Assembly (NCBI GenBank): GCA_964602805.1
Contig: CAZRSJ010000004.1
Location: 1,604 to 65,603 of the forward strand
Source: an uncultured Chromatiales bacterium
GTDB taxonomy: Bacteria > Pseudomonadota > Gammaproteobacteria > Poriferisulfidales > Poriferisulfidaceae
Length of the DNA: 64,000 nt
Direction of reading: 5' to 3'
Notes under the pieces: model-generated
Database searches by the model: none
What the model was told of the DNA's origin: nothing
What the model saw: the letters and a program-made list of their open reading frames with translations, nothing else
In this document: in pieces, positions 10,406 through 18,677 of the stretch
Numbering within the stretch: position 1 is the stretch's first letter
Layout of the letters: each line of letters opens with the position of its first letter
Translations under genes and position numbers: made by a program

Positions 10406-11416
10406 ATGGACACCTGCGTGGTGGGAGGGGGCATCATCGGTGCGCTCACCGCGCACGCGCTGGCGCAGAAAGGATTCGACGTTCGAGTGCTGGATGCCGA
10501 CAGGCCCGGTGCCGCCACGCCGGTTTCGGCCGGGATCCTGTTTTCCGTTTTCGATCCGACGAGCGATAGCGTTTGGGCGAACCTCGCGCGTCATGGCCAT
10601 GCCGCCTATCCGAAATTGTGTGCGGGCATTGAATCGGAAACCGGATTCGAACGGCGCGGCTTGCTCATTGTCGGCATGGAAGCGAAACAAGCCGAGCAGT
10701 GGGCAAGAGCCAACAAGCTGGATTGTGAAATCTTGACTTCCAGCGAATGCCGCAGGCGCTTTCCACAACTGGCGGCACCCGGGCGCGATGTTGCCCTGAT
10801 GCCGGAGGTGGCCCAGATCGATCCGCCCCGGTTCATGGAGGCGTTCCGCTCCAGGCTTCGGGATGACGGGGTGCGTTGGGAATCTGCCCGGGTTTCCGGG
10901 ATCTTGCAGGACGGGAATCGGGTCCGGGGCGTGAGCAATGGCGAGCAGGAGTGGCAGGCTGAGCAAGTCGTGATTGCGGCAGGCGTCTGGAGCACGGAAC
11001 TCCAACGGGCCGCAGGATCAGGACTGCCGATTCGCCCGCGCCGGGGACAGATCATTGCCTGGCGGTCGGTCGATGCGGGGAACCTGCCGGTCATTTTGGA
11101 TGGCCACCGGTATCTGGTGGTGCGGGAGAACGGCGAAGTGTTGGCGGGGGCGACCAACGAGGATGTGGGATTTGATGCGGGCATCACCGCGCAGGCAAAG
11201 TCAGAACTGACGGACTTCGCTCGGCGCTGGTGCCCGGACTTGCTGGCGGCGGAGCCGGACACGCAAAGGGCAGGTCTGCGTCCGGAAGGAGAAGCCTCTG
11301 GGCCGAGGATTGGTGCGCATGGCGAGATTCAGGGACTGTTTTTCAATACCGGACATTACCGGCACGGGATCGTTTGCGCACCGGGCGCTGCGGCGCAGCT
11401 CGCCGAGGACTTCTGA
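10406..11416 (+). CDS. FAD-dependent oxidoreductase, glycine-oxidase (ThiO)/D-amino-acid-oxidase-like
   Basis: N-terminal GXGXXG Rossmann motif (VVGGGIIGALTA) and a C-terminal GHYRHG motif characteristic of the ThiO/DAO family. 336 aa. Confidence 0.65.
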   Translation: MDTCVVGGGIIGALTAHALAQKGFDVRVLDADRPGAATPVSAGILFSVFDPTSDSVWANLARHGHAAYPKLCAGIESETGFERRGLLIVGMEAKQAEQWARANKLDCEILTSSECRRRFPQLAAPGRDVALMPEVAQIDPPRFMEAFRSRLRDDGVRWESARVSGILQDGNRVRGVSNGEQEWQAEQVVIAAGVWSTELQRAAGSGLPIRPRRGQIIAWRSVDAGNLPVILDGHRYLVVRENGEVLAGATNEDVGFDAGITAQAKSELTDFARRWCPDLLAAEPDTQRAGLRPEGEASGPRIGAHGEIQGLFFNTGHYRHGIVCAPGAAAQLAEDF

Positions 11417-11520
11417 TAACAAAGCTCGCAGCTTCCGTTGAACGCAAATCCCCTATAATTCGTATTTCATTTTTCCGATTCCCCGATTTTTCCCCTGCCA
11501 CAGGCTTACAGGAGAACCCG

Positions 11521-12153
11521 ATGGCTTTGTCACAAGAAGAACTTGACGCAATCATGGAGCGAAAGGGCAAGATGCGCCGCGAGGCGTACGATCGTCGTGC
11601 CGCTCAGGAGAACAAAGACGAAATCAGCGCCCAGGCGGTCGCGCGCCTGATGGCCCTGCAGGAGTACCAGGACGCGAAAACCGTCATGTGGTACATCGAC
11701 TGCCGTTCCGAAACCCGCACCAAACCCGAACTGCTTGAAGAAGTGGCCAAGGGCGAGAAGAAAATCGTCGTGCCGTACTGCACGGTGGACGAAAAAGGCG
11801 ACAACAAGCTCGGCCTCTGGCACATGGAGAGCCTGGAAGAAATGGTGGTTGGCAAGTGGAACATCCTCGAGCCGCCGAAGGAGATGTGGGGCAATCCGGA
11901 CAAGGAGCCGCCGGCGGAAGAATTGGACATGGTGATGGTTCCCGGCGTCGGATTCGACCGCACCGGGGGGCGCATGGGCAACGGCCAGGGATACTACGAC
12001 CGCCTGCTTGAGCGGGTCCGCCCGGATTGCTCGCTGGTGGCGCTGTGCTACGAGTCGCAGTTGTTCGACGAGATCCTGGTCGCCCCGCACGACGTGTACA
12101 TGGATTACGTGGTAACCGAAGACGCGGTGTACAAGGGCCGCGGGCGGGACTGA
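11521..12153 (+). CDS. 5-formyltetrahydrofolate cyclo-ligase (MTHFS)
   Basis: 210 aa with the family signature GVGFDRTGGRMGNGQGYYDRLL. Start placed at the Met after an AGGAGAA ribosome-binding site; the six-frame ORF runs further upstream. Confidence 0.85.
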   Translation: MALSQEELDAIMERKGKMRREAYDRRAAQENKDEISAQAVARLMALQEYQDAKTVMWYIDCRSETRTKPELLEEVAKGEKKIVVPYCTVDEKGDNKLGLWHMESLEEMVVGKWNILEPPKEMWGNPDKEPPAEELDMVMVPGVGFDRTGGRMGNGQGYYDRLLERVRPDCSLVALCYESQLFDEILVAPHDVYMDYVVTEDAVYKGRGRD

Positions 12154-12157
12154 GCCC

Positions 12158-13084
12158 ATGCCGGCGCGGATTGACGACACCTACGCAGAGGCGTTCCGCA
12201 GCCTCTACACGGAATTCCTGATCACGGCCCGGGACCAAACCTGGGTCAAACACGCGGTGGATGCCGCGGTCGGCAATGCCGCCAGCACCATTCTGTGCGA
12301 CTGCGAGGCCGGCCTGGATCGTTTCGTGGGGCCGGGCGGGGACGAGTCCTTCGAGACCCCGGACGGTCGTCCCGGCGCCATCGTGCAACTGCATGTCCCC
12401 CGTTTCTGGAAGGACCGGGTAGAAAAGCTGGAGCGGGCCGCACTGGTCCGGATCAGCCAGAATGTGTTGACCTGCCCGACCGCTTCCTGCTTCAACCTGC
12501 TGGATACGGAAGAGTACTACCAGATGGGTCGGAAGGTGGCCTATTTCGGTAATGGCAAGCAACGCCGCATCGAACGTTTCGGACGGAAGATGTGGTGGGT
12601 GCCGATTCTGGGCGGCGAGTTCGTGCTGGATCGCCGGCTGGGTTACGCCGACGGCCTGATGGGCGGCAACCTGTGGTTTTTTGGCAGCGATGCCGATTCC
12701 GCGCTTGAAGCCGCCATGAAGGGGGTCGAAGAGATCGCCAAGAGCCCGGGCGTGGTGATGTGCTTCCCCGGCGGGATCGCGGGATCCGGCTCCAAGCCCG
12801 GCAGCAACTACGAATTCTCGATCGCCAGCACCTACGAGAAATACTGTCCCCTGCTGCAGGACGACCCGGAAGTCGAACAGGGCCTTCCCGAGGGCGTCAA
12901 CTCGGTCATGGAGATCATCATCAACGGGCGCAACCTGGAGACCATCATTCAGGCTACTCGTGCAGCCATCGAGGCTTCCAAAGACACCGAGGGCCTGATC
13001 ATGATCTCGGCCGGCAACTATGGCGGCCGCCTTGGCAAGAACCTGATCTATCTCGATCCGGACAAGCAGCCTCCCATTGAGTGA
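12158..13084 (+). CDS. ftr: formylmethanofuran:tetrahydromethanopterin N-formyltransferase family protein (Ftr/FhcD-like)
   Basis: 308 aa, collinear with archaeal Ftr and bacterial FhcD. Shared segments: ETPDGRPG, VLTCPTA, MWWVPILGGEF, GGNLWFFG, FPGGIAGSGSKPGSNYEF, ASTYEKYCP, LPEGVNSV-EIIING and ISAGNYGGRLGK. 4 bp after MTHFS; overlaps folD by 8 bp. Confidence 0.8.
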   Translation: MPARIDDTYAEAFRSLYTEFLITARDQTWVKHAVDAAVGNAASTILCDCEAGLDRFVGPGGDESFETPDGRPGAIVQLHVPRFWKDRVEKLERAALVRISQNVLTCPTASCFNLLDTEEYYQMGRKVAYFGNGKQRRIERFGRKMWWVPILGGEFVLDRRLGYADGLMGGNLWFFGSDADSALEAAMKGVEEIAKSPGVVMCFPGGIAGSGSKPGSNYEFSIASTYEKYCPLLQDDPEVEQGLPEGVNSVMEIIINGRNLETIIQATRAAIEASKDTEGLIMISAGNYGGRLGKNLIYLDPDKQPPIE

Positions 13085-13940
13085 GTCCGGCCAGCTGATT
13101 GATGGCAATGCGGTGGCGCGCGAAATCCGCGCGCAACTAGCCGAACATCTGGACTCCGCTGCACCGGTAACCCTGGCGACCGTGCTGGTCGGCGAAGACC
13201 CGGCCAGCCAGTTGTATATCTCCCGAAAGATCAAAGAAGCCGGCGAAGCCGGAATTATTTCCCGGCACCAGACGCTGCCGGTGGACATCGCGCAAGACGA
13301 TCTCGTCGAGGCGATTCGCATCTTGGCGCGCGATTCCTCCGTGCACGGAATCCTGGTGCAGATGCCGCTGCCGCCGGCATTGGATGCTGCCGAAGTGCTG
13401 TCGGCCATCCCTCCGGAGAAGGACGTGGACGGCTTGACGGAAACCAATCTGGGCCGCCTCGCAGCCGGGCTTCCCGGGCTTCGCCCGTGCACGCCGTTCG
13501 GCGTGATGGAACTGCTTCGGCACTACCGGATCGCGACTTCCGGTGCGAGCGCACTGGTGATCGGGCGCTCCCGGCTGGTGGGCATTCCGATGGCCCTGAT
13601 GCTGGCCGAGAAGGGGGTGGATGCGACCGTGAGCGTGGCGCACTCGCGCACCCGGGACCTGCAGCAGCTCGCCCGCGAGTCGGATATCTTGGTGGCGGCG
13701 ACCGGTAGCCCCGGGATGGTTACGGCGGATTTCATCAAGCCGGGCGCGGCAGTGTTCGACGTCGGAGTCAGCCGCGTGGACGGGAAGATTCAGGGCGACG
13801 TGCGTTTCGAGGAAGTGCGGGAGGTCGCAGGGTTCGTGACGCCGATGCCTGGCGGCACCGGACCGATGACGGTAGCTTGCCTGTTGCTCAACACGGTTCG
13901 GGCGGCGGCGATGCAGGGCGTGGTTACGCCTTTGCCGTAG
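13077..13940 (+). CDS. folD: bifunctional methylenetetrahydrofolate dehydrogenase / methenyl-THF cyclohydrolase
   Basis: 287 aa with the FolD signatures (YISRKIKEAGEAGI, VQMPLPP, PCTPFGVMELL, VIGRSRLVGIPMALML, PMPGGTGPMTVACLL). Confidence 0.95.
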   Translation: MSESGQLIDGNAVAREIRAQLAEHLDSAAPVTLATVLVGEDPASQLYISRKIKEAGEAGIISRHQTLPVDIAQDDLVEAIRILARDSSVHGILVQMPLPPALDAAEVLSAIPPEKDVDGLTETNLGRLAAGLPGLRPCTPFGVMELLRHYRIATSGASALVIGRSRLVGIPMALMLAEKGVDATVSVAHSRTRDLQQLARESDILVAATGSPGMVTADFIKPGAAVFDVGVSRVDGKIQGDVRFEEVREVAGFVTPMPGGTGPMTVACLLLNTVRAAAMQGVVTPLP

Positions 13941-13945
13941 TCCTT

Positions 13946-13983
13946 TGCGGTTATATTGCGCGACTGCGGTTATATTGCGCGAC
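13946..13983. repeat. perfect tandem direct repeat, 2 x 19 bp (TGCGGTTATATTGCGCGAC)
   Basis: Copies at 13946-13964 and 13965-13983. A TATACT -10-like hexamer lies at about 13992, 13 nt before the tRNA-Glu 5' end. Confidence 0.8.
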
Positions 13984-14010
13984 CCCGGGTGTATACTGAA
14001 AAACAAGCTC

Positions 14011-14085
14011 GCTCCCTTCGTCTAGCGGTCAGGACATCGCCCTCTCAAGGCGGGAACAGGGGTTCGATTCCCCTAGGGAGCGCCA
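14011..14085 (+). tRNA. tRNA-Glu (anticodon CUC)
   Basis: 75 nt. Acceptor stem GCTCCCT/AGGGAGC. Anticodon loop CTCTCAA (CTC). T-arm AGGGG-TTCGATT-CCCCT. Encoded CCA. Near-identical scaffold to E. coli tRNA-Glu. Confidence 0.85.
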
Positions 14086-14250
14086 TCGCCCATCCTTCTT
14101 TTTTGCGCCACTCAGTCTCTGGGTGATGGGGGCGGATACAGGCGCTCTTCGGATGATCCAGACACGCTTGGCGAAGAAGAAGTCGATTTGGTGAAATCCC
14201 TGCTCTGTGGCATATTACGCGCCTAGCGGGCTGGCGACGGGTGCTTTAAA

Positions 14251-14290
14251 AAAGCCGCCTGCCCCTATGGCCGCTCCGGCGGCTTTTTTG
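14251..14290 (+). terminator. rho-independent terminator-like hairpin (A-tract, GCCGCC...GGCGGC stem, T-tract)
   Basis: AAAAAAGCCGCC-(15 nt loop)-GGCGGCTTTTTTG. It could terminate the folD/tRNA-Glu transcript ahead of the sga promoter. Confidence 0.55.
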
Positions 14291-14354
14291 TGACGGCGCG
14301 GGCGCTGTGGTGCCCGGCGTTCGTCTTTATCCATCAACAGAAAAGGACTTTCTT

Positions 14355-15635
14355 ATGCCCGCTGAAAAACTTGTCTTTCCTGGCCGCAACTATCTCTACG
14401 CGCCAGGCCCTACGCATATTCCGGTCGAGGTTCAGAACGCCATGGTCGTCCCGATGGAGGACCATCGGGCACCCGATTTCCCCCAACTGGTCAAACCCCT
14501 GCTGCGCGACCTGAACAAGATCTTCAAGACCCGCACCGGCAAAAGCTTCATCTTCCCTGCCACCGGCACGGCCGGCTGGGAAGTGGCTCTGACCAACACC
14601 CTGTCGCCGGGCGACCGCGTCCTGACTGCCCGTTTCGGGCAGTTTTCGCATCTGTGGGCGGATCTGGCCCAGCGCATGGGCCTGGACGTGGAACTGGTGC
14701 AGGTGAAGTGGGGCGAAGGCGTGCCGCTGAAGCAGTTCGAGCAGATCCTGAGAAAAGACAAGGAGCATAAGATCAAGGCAGTGCTGGCCTGTCACAACGA
14801 GACCGCGACCGGGGTCACCAGCAACATTGCGGGCCTGCGCCGGGCCATGGACCGGGCCAAGCATCCGGCCATGCTGATGGTCGACGGCGTCAGTTCCATC
14901 GCGAGCATCGATTTCCGCATGGACGAGTGGAAGGTCGACGTGGCCGTATCCGGTTCGCAGAAAGGCTTCATGTTGCCGGCCGGCATGGCGCTGGTGTGCT
15001 TCTCGCGCCGTGCACTGGCGGCAGCCAAGACCGCCAAGTGCAAGCGTTGCTTCCTGGACATTGCCGACCATATCGCGACCAACAAGGACGGGTTCTTCCC
15101 GTACACCCCCTCGGCGCCGATGCTGCGCGGCCTGCGCGCTTCCATCGACCTGCTGCTCGGGGAAGGCCTGGAGAACGTGTTCCAGCGCCACCACCGGCTG
15201 GCCGAAGGCGTGCGCCGGGCCATTGGCGGATGGGGCCTGGACCTGTGCGCAGCCGAACCGAAATGGTATTCCGACACGGTGTCGGCCATCAAGGTTCCAA
15301 GAAACGTCAATGCTGCCGAAGTGATTCACATCGCCTATCACCGCTACAACATCTCGTTGGGTGCCGGCCTGTCCGAGGTCGCCGGCAAGGTGTTCCGGAT
15401 CGGCCATCTAGGCGACAACAACGAAGTGCGCATGATGGCGGCTCTCGGCGGCGTCGAGATGGCAATGCGCGACGCTGGCATGAAGGTGCGCCCCGGCTCG
15501 GGCGTGGCAAAAGCGGTTGAGTACTATTGCGACACCGCGAAAGGCAAGAAGAAGATCCCTGCATTCGGCGCCGCCAAAGGCCCTCGCGAGACCGCGGTCA
15601 AGAAGAAAGCAGCGCCCAAGCGCAAGAAGAAGTAA
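14355..15635 (+). CDS. sga: serine--glyoxylate aminotransferase (class V aminotransferase)
   Basis: Class V fold with the PLP-lysine region (VAVSGSQKGFMLPAGMALV) and strong resemblance to methylotroph SgaA. Start at the Met that follows a stop-free leader; the ORF track begins at 14307. It has an unusual ~30-aa Lys/Ala-rich C-terminal tail (KKKAAPKRKKK). Confidence 0.85.
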   Translation: MPAEKLVFPGRNYLYAPGPTHIPVEVQNAMVVPMEDHRAPDFPQLVKPLLRDLNKIFKTRTGKSFIFPATGTAGWEVALTNTLSPGDRVLTARFGQFSHLWADLAQRMGLDVELVQVKWGEGVPLKQFEQILRKDKEHKIKAVLACHNETATGVTSNIAGLRRAMDRAKHPAMLMVDGVSSIASIDFRMDEWKVDVAVSGSQKGFMLPAGMALVCFSRRALAAAKTAKCKRCFLDIADHIATNKDGFFPYTPSAPMLRGLRASIDLLLGEGLENVFQRHHRLAEGVRRAIGGWGLDLCAAEPKWYSDTVSAIKVPRNVNAAEVIHIAYHRYNISLGAGLSEVAGKVFRIGHLGDNNEVRMMAALGGVEMAMRDAGMKVRPGSGVAKAVEYYCDTAKGKKKIPAFGAAKGPRETAVKKKAAPKRKKK

Positions 15636-15645
15636 GAGGTCCTGA

Positions 15646-16587
15646 ATGAGCCACACTCAAGCCACCCCCGCGCCGACCCGCCTGCAGCGCAGCGAGCTGG
15701 CGGTCCCGGGCTCCAATCCGGCCCTGTTTGAAAAGGCGCTGAACTCCGAAGTCGACTACGTCTTCCTGGACCTGGAGGATGCAGTCGCGCCGGGCGACAA
15801 GGAACAGGCTCGGGTCAATGTCATCCAGGCCCTGCTTGACCTGGACTGGCGAGGGGCGGGGAAAACCATCTCGGTTCGGATCAACGGGCTCGACACTCAC
15901 TACATGTACCGCGACGTAGTGGATCTGATGGAACAGGCGGGTGACCGTCTGGACACGATCCTGATCCCGAAAGTCGGAGTGCCGTCGGACGTCTACATGG
16001 TCGAGGCGATGGTGAACCAGATTGAACAGGGGAAAGGCTTTGAGACCCGGGTCGGCCTGGAAGCCCTGATTGAGACGGCCCTCGGCATGGCCAACGTCGA
16101 GGCGATTGCCGCCTACGGCGGACGCCTGGAGGCCCTGCACTTCGGGGTGGCGGACTACGCTGCTTCCAACCGCGCGCGTACAGTCAACATCGGCGGGCTC
16201 AACCCCGACTATCCGGGAGACCAGTGGCATTTCGCTCTGTCCCGCATGACGGTGGCCTGTCGGGCGTACGGCCTGCGGGCGATCGACGGACCATTCGGCG
16301 ACTTCAAGGATCCGGACGCCTATCGGGCGGCAGCACGCCGCGCCGCTGCACTCGGGATCGAGGGCAAGTGGGCGATTCATCCGTCCCAGATTGAACTGGC
16401 CAATGAGATCTTCTCTCCGCCGGAGGCGGAAGTGGACCGGGCCCGGCGAATCCTGAAGGAACTGGAGATCGCGGCGGCGGAAGGCCGGGGCGCGGCCGCC
16501 GTCGACGGCAAGATGATCGATGCGGCATCGGCACGGATGGCCGAAAACGTGGTGCGTTTGGCGGAAGCGATCGCCGCACGCAGCTAA
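15646..16587 (+). CDS. mcl: malyl-CoA lyase (HpcH/HpaI aldolase-citrate lyase beta family)
   Basis: 313 aa with an LAVPGSNP-type N-terminus, the DLEDAV active-site region and a GLEALIET motif typical of Mcl/MclA. Located between sga and the mtk genes. Confidence 0.85.
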   Translation: MSHTQATPAPTRLQRSELAVPGSNPALFEKALNSEVDYVFLDLEDAVAPGDKEQARVNVIQALLDLDWRGAGKTISVRINGLDTHYMYRDVVDLMEQAGDRLDTILIPKVGVPSDVYMVEAMVNQIEQGKGFETRVGLEALIETALGMANVEAIAAYGGRLEALHFGVADYAASNRARTVNIGGLNPDYPGDQWHFALSRMTVACRAYGLRAIDGPFGDFKDPDAYRAAARRAAALGIEGKWAIHPSQIELANEIFSPPEAEVDRARRILKELEIAAAEGRGAAAVDGKMIDAASARMAENVVRLAEAIAARS

Positions 16588-16603
16588 AACGAGGACAAAC
16601 AAC

Positions 16604-17776
16604 ATGCATATACATGAATACCAGGCCAAGGAAGTCCTGGCCAACTACGGGATCCAGATTCAACCGGGAACCTTGGTATACAGCCCCGACCAGGCGGTCG
16701 CGGCCTACAACTCCCAAGGGTCCACGGTGTGCGCGGTCAAGGCGCAGATTCATTCTGGTGCCCGCGGCAAGGCTGGAGGTATCCGCCTGTGCCGGAGCAA
16801 CGACGAGGTACGCCGTGCCGCCGATGAAATGCTTGGCGAGAAACTGGTGACCCACCAGACGGGGTCGACCGGCAAGCTGGTTCAAAAACTGTATGTCGAG
16901 GCGGGGGTCGACATCGACCGCGAAATCTATTTGGCATTCGTACTGGACCGGGCCAAGCAGCGGCATGTCGCCGTCGCGTCCGCCGAGGGGGGTATGGAGA
17001 TCGAGCAACTGGCCCAGGAGAAGCCGGAGAGCATCCTGCGCATCAGCATCGACCCGGCGTCCGGCATGCGCCACTTCCAAGCGCAGGAACTCGCTTTCGG
17101 GCTGGGCCTGGAAGCCGATCTGGTCAAGCAGGCGGTGGCCACGTTCCGCGGCTTGTACAAGGCGATGATCGAACTGGATGCCAGCATGGTCGAGATCAAT
17201 CCATTGGTGGTGACCCGGGATCGGCGCCTGATCGCCTTGGACGCCAAGATGGAATTCGATGACAACGCGCTGTTCCGCCACCGCGAGGTGGCCGAGTTGC
17301 GCGACATGTCGCAGGAGGATCCGCGCGAGACCGCGGCCTCCGACCACGACCTCAGTTACGTCGGCCTGGACGGCGACATCGGCTGCATGATCAACGGCGC
17401 CGGGCTGGCCATGGCCACCATGGACATGATCAAGCTGTCCGGCGGCGAGCCGGCCAACTTCCTCGACATCGGCGGCGGCGCGTCGCCGGAGCGAGTGGCC
17501 AAGGCGTTCGAACTGGTGCTGCAGGATGGCAATGTCAAGGCCATGCTGGTCAACATCTTTGCCGGAATCAACCGCTGCGACTGGATCGCCGAAGGCCTGA
17601 TCAAGGCACTGGGCGTGGTCGACCTCGGCGTGCCCCTGGTGGTGCGCCTGTCCGGCACCAATGTGGAGGAGGGCACCCAGATGCTGGTCGACAGCGGGCT
17701 GCCCATCATCATGGCCGACACGCTGGCCGATGCCGCCCAGAAGGCGGTAGCGGCCGCGCAAGGACAGGGAGAATGA
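16604..17776 (+). CDS. mtkA: malate--CoA ligase (malate thiokinase) beta subunit, succinyl-CoA-synthetase-beta-like
   Basis: ATP-grasp N-terminus (MHIHEYQAKEVL, KAQIHSGARGKAGG) and C-terminal CoA-ligase domain (GCMINGAGLAMATMD). Start at the Met at 16604; the ORF track begins upstream at 16520. Confidence 0.85.
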   Translation: MHIHEYQAKEVLANYGIQIQPGTLVYSPDQAVAAYNSQGSTVCAVKAQIHSGARGKAGGIRLCRSNDEVRRAADEMLGEKLVTHQTGSTGKLVQKLYVEAGVDIDREIYLAFVLDRAKQRHVAVASAEGGMEIEQLAQEKPESILRISIDPASGMRHFQAQELAFGLGLEADLVKQAVATFRGLYKAMIELDASMVEINPLVVTRDRRLIALDAKMEFDDNALFRHREVAELRDMSQEDPRETAASDHDLSYVGLDGDIGCMINGAGLAMATMDMIKLSGGEPANFLDIGGGASPERVAKAFELVLQDGNVKAMLVNIFAGINRCDWIAEGLIKALGVVDLGVPLVVRLSGTNVEEGTQMLVDSGLPIIMADTLADAAQKAVAAAQGQGE

Positions 17777-17780
17777 CACG

Positions 17781-18668
17781 ATGTCGATTCTGATCAACAA
17801 AGACACCAAGATCCTGATCCAGGGCTTCACTGGCCGGATCGGAACCTTTCATGCCAAGGAGATGCTGGAATACGGCAGCAACGTGGTCGGGGGCGTCACA
17901 CCGGGGAAAGGTGGACAGGCGCACCTGAATCTGCCGGTGTTCAACACCATCAAGGAAGCAGTCGATGCAACCGGCGCAACGGCCAGTATCGTGTTCGTAC
18001 CCGCAGCCGCGGCCGCCGACTCGATTATGGAGGCCGCCGACGGCGGCATCAAGTATTGCGTGGCGATCACCGATGGCATCCCGGCTCAGGACATGATCCG
18101 CGTCAAGCGCTTCATGCTGCGCTATCCGAAGGAACGCAAGATGATCCTGACCGGACCCAACTGCGCAGGTTCCATCACGCCGGGCGAAGCGATGCTCGGC
18201 ATCATGCCAGGCCATATCTACGAGCCAGGTCGGGTTGGCGTGGTCGGACGTTCCGGCACGTTGGGCTACGAGGCCGCCTCGCAAATGAAGGCTGAAGGCA
18301 TCGGTATCTCGACCAGCATCGGGATTGGCGGCGACCCGATCAACGGCAGTTCGCACCGCGACATCCTAGAGCTGTTCGAGCAGGACCCCGACACGGACGC
18401 GGTCATGATCATCGGCGAGATCGGCGGCCCGCAGGAAGCGGAAGCAGCGGAATTCGCCCGTGACCATATGACCAAACCGGTCGCGGCCTACGTGGCCGGG
18501 CTGACTGCCCCGAAAGGGCGTCGCATGGGTCATGCCGGAGCCATCATTTCCGGGAAAGGCGAGAGTGCCTCGGAGAAAGTCGAAATCTTCCAGGAAGCCG
18601 GCGTGGCGATCGTGCCGAACCCTTCCGAATTCGGCACCACCATGAAAGACGTTGTGTCCAAGCTCTAA
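17781..18668 (+). CDS. mtkB: malate--CoA ligase alpha subunit (succinyl-CoA-synthetase-alpha-like)
   Basis: CoA-binding Rossmann fold (ILIQGFTGRIG), the phospho-His loop region (SIGIGGDPINGS) and LGYEAASQ motifs of SucD-like alpha subunits. Confidence 0.85.
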   Translation: MSILINKDTKILIQGFTGRIGTFHAKEMLEYGSNVVGGVTPGKGGQAHLNLPVFNTIKEAVDATGATASIVFVPAAAAADSIMEAADGGIKYCVAITDGIPAQDMIRVKRFMLRYPKERKMILTGPNCAGSITPGEAMLGIMPGHIYEPGRVGVVGRSGTLGYEAASQMKAEGIGISTSIGIGGDPINGSSHRDILELFEQDPDTDAVMIIGEIGGPQEAEAAEFARDHMTKPVAAYVAGLTAPKGRRMGHAGAIISGKGESASEKVEIFQEAGVAIVPNPSEFGTTMKDVVSKL

Positions 18669-18677
18669 GGAGGCTGC

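Noticed and set aside
9863-13492. Minus-strand ORFs 9863-11005 (380 aa) and 11684-13492 (602 aa), opposite ppiA/ThiO-like and ftr/folD.
   Set aside because: They overlap several co-oriented, motif-bearing genes on the plus strand. Their sequences are Pro/Arg/Gly-rich with no recognisable domains. These are high-GC spurious frames.
9654-14085. tRNA-Thr and tRNA-Glu as possible genomic-island integration sites.
   Set aside because: No integrase, recombinase, direct repeat of the tRNA 3' end or compositional break adjoins either tRNA. Flanking genes are ordinary core functions.
14334-17830. Minus-strand ORFs opposite sga, mcl and mtkA (14334-15407, 15598-16644, 16304-17830).
   Set aside because: They are antisense to serine-cycle genes with clear family signatures. 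They have no start-site context or homology features.
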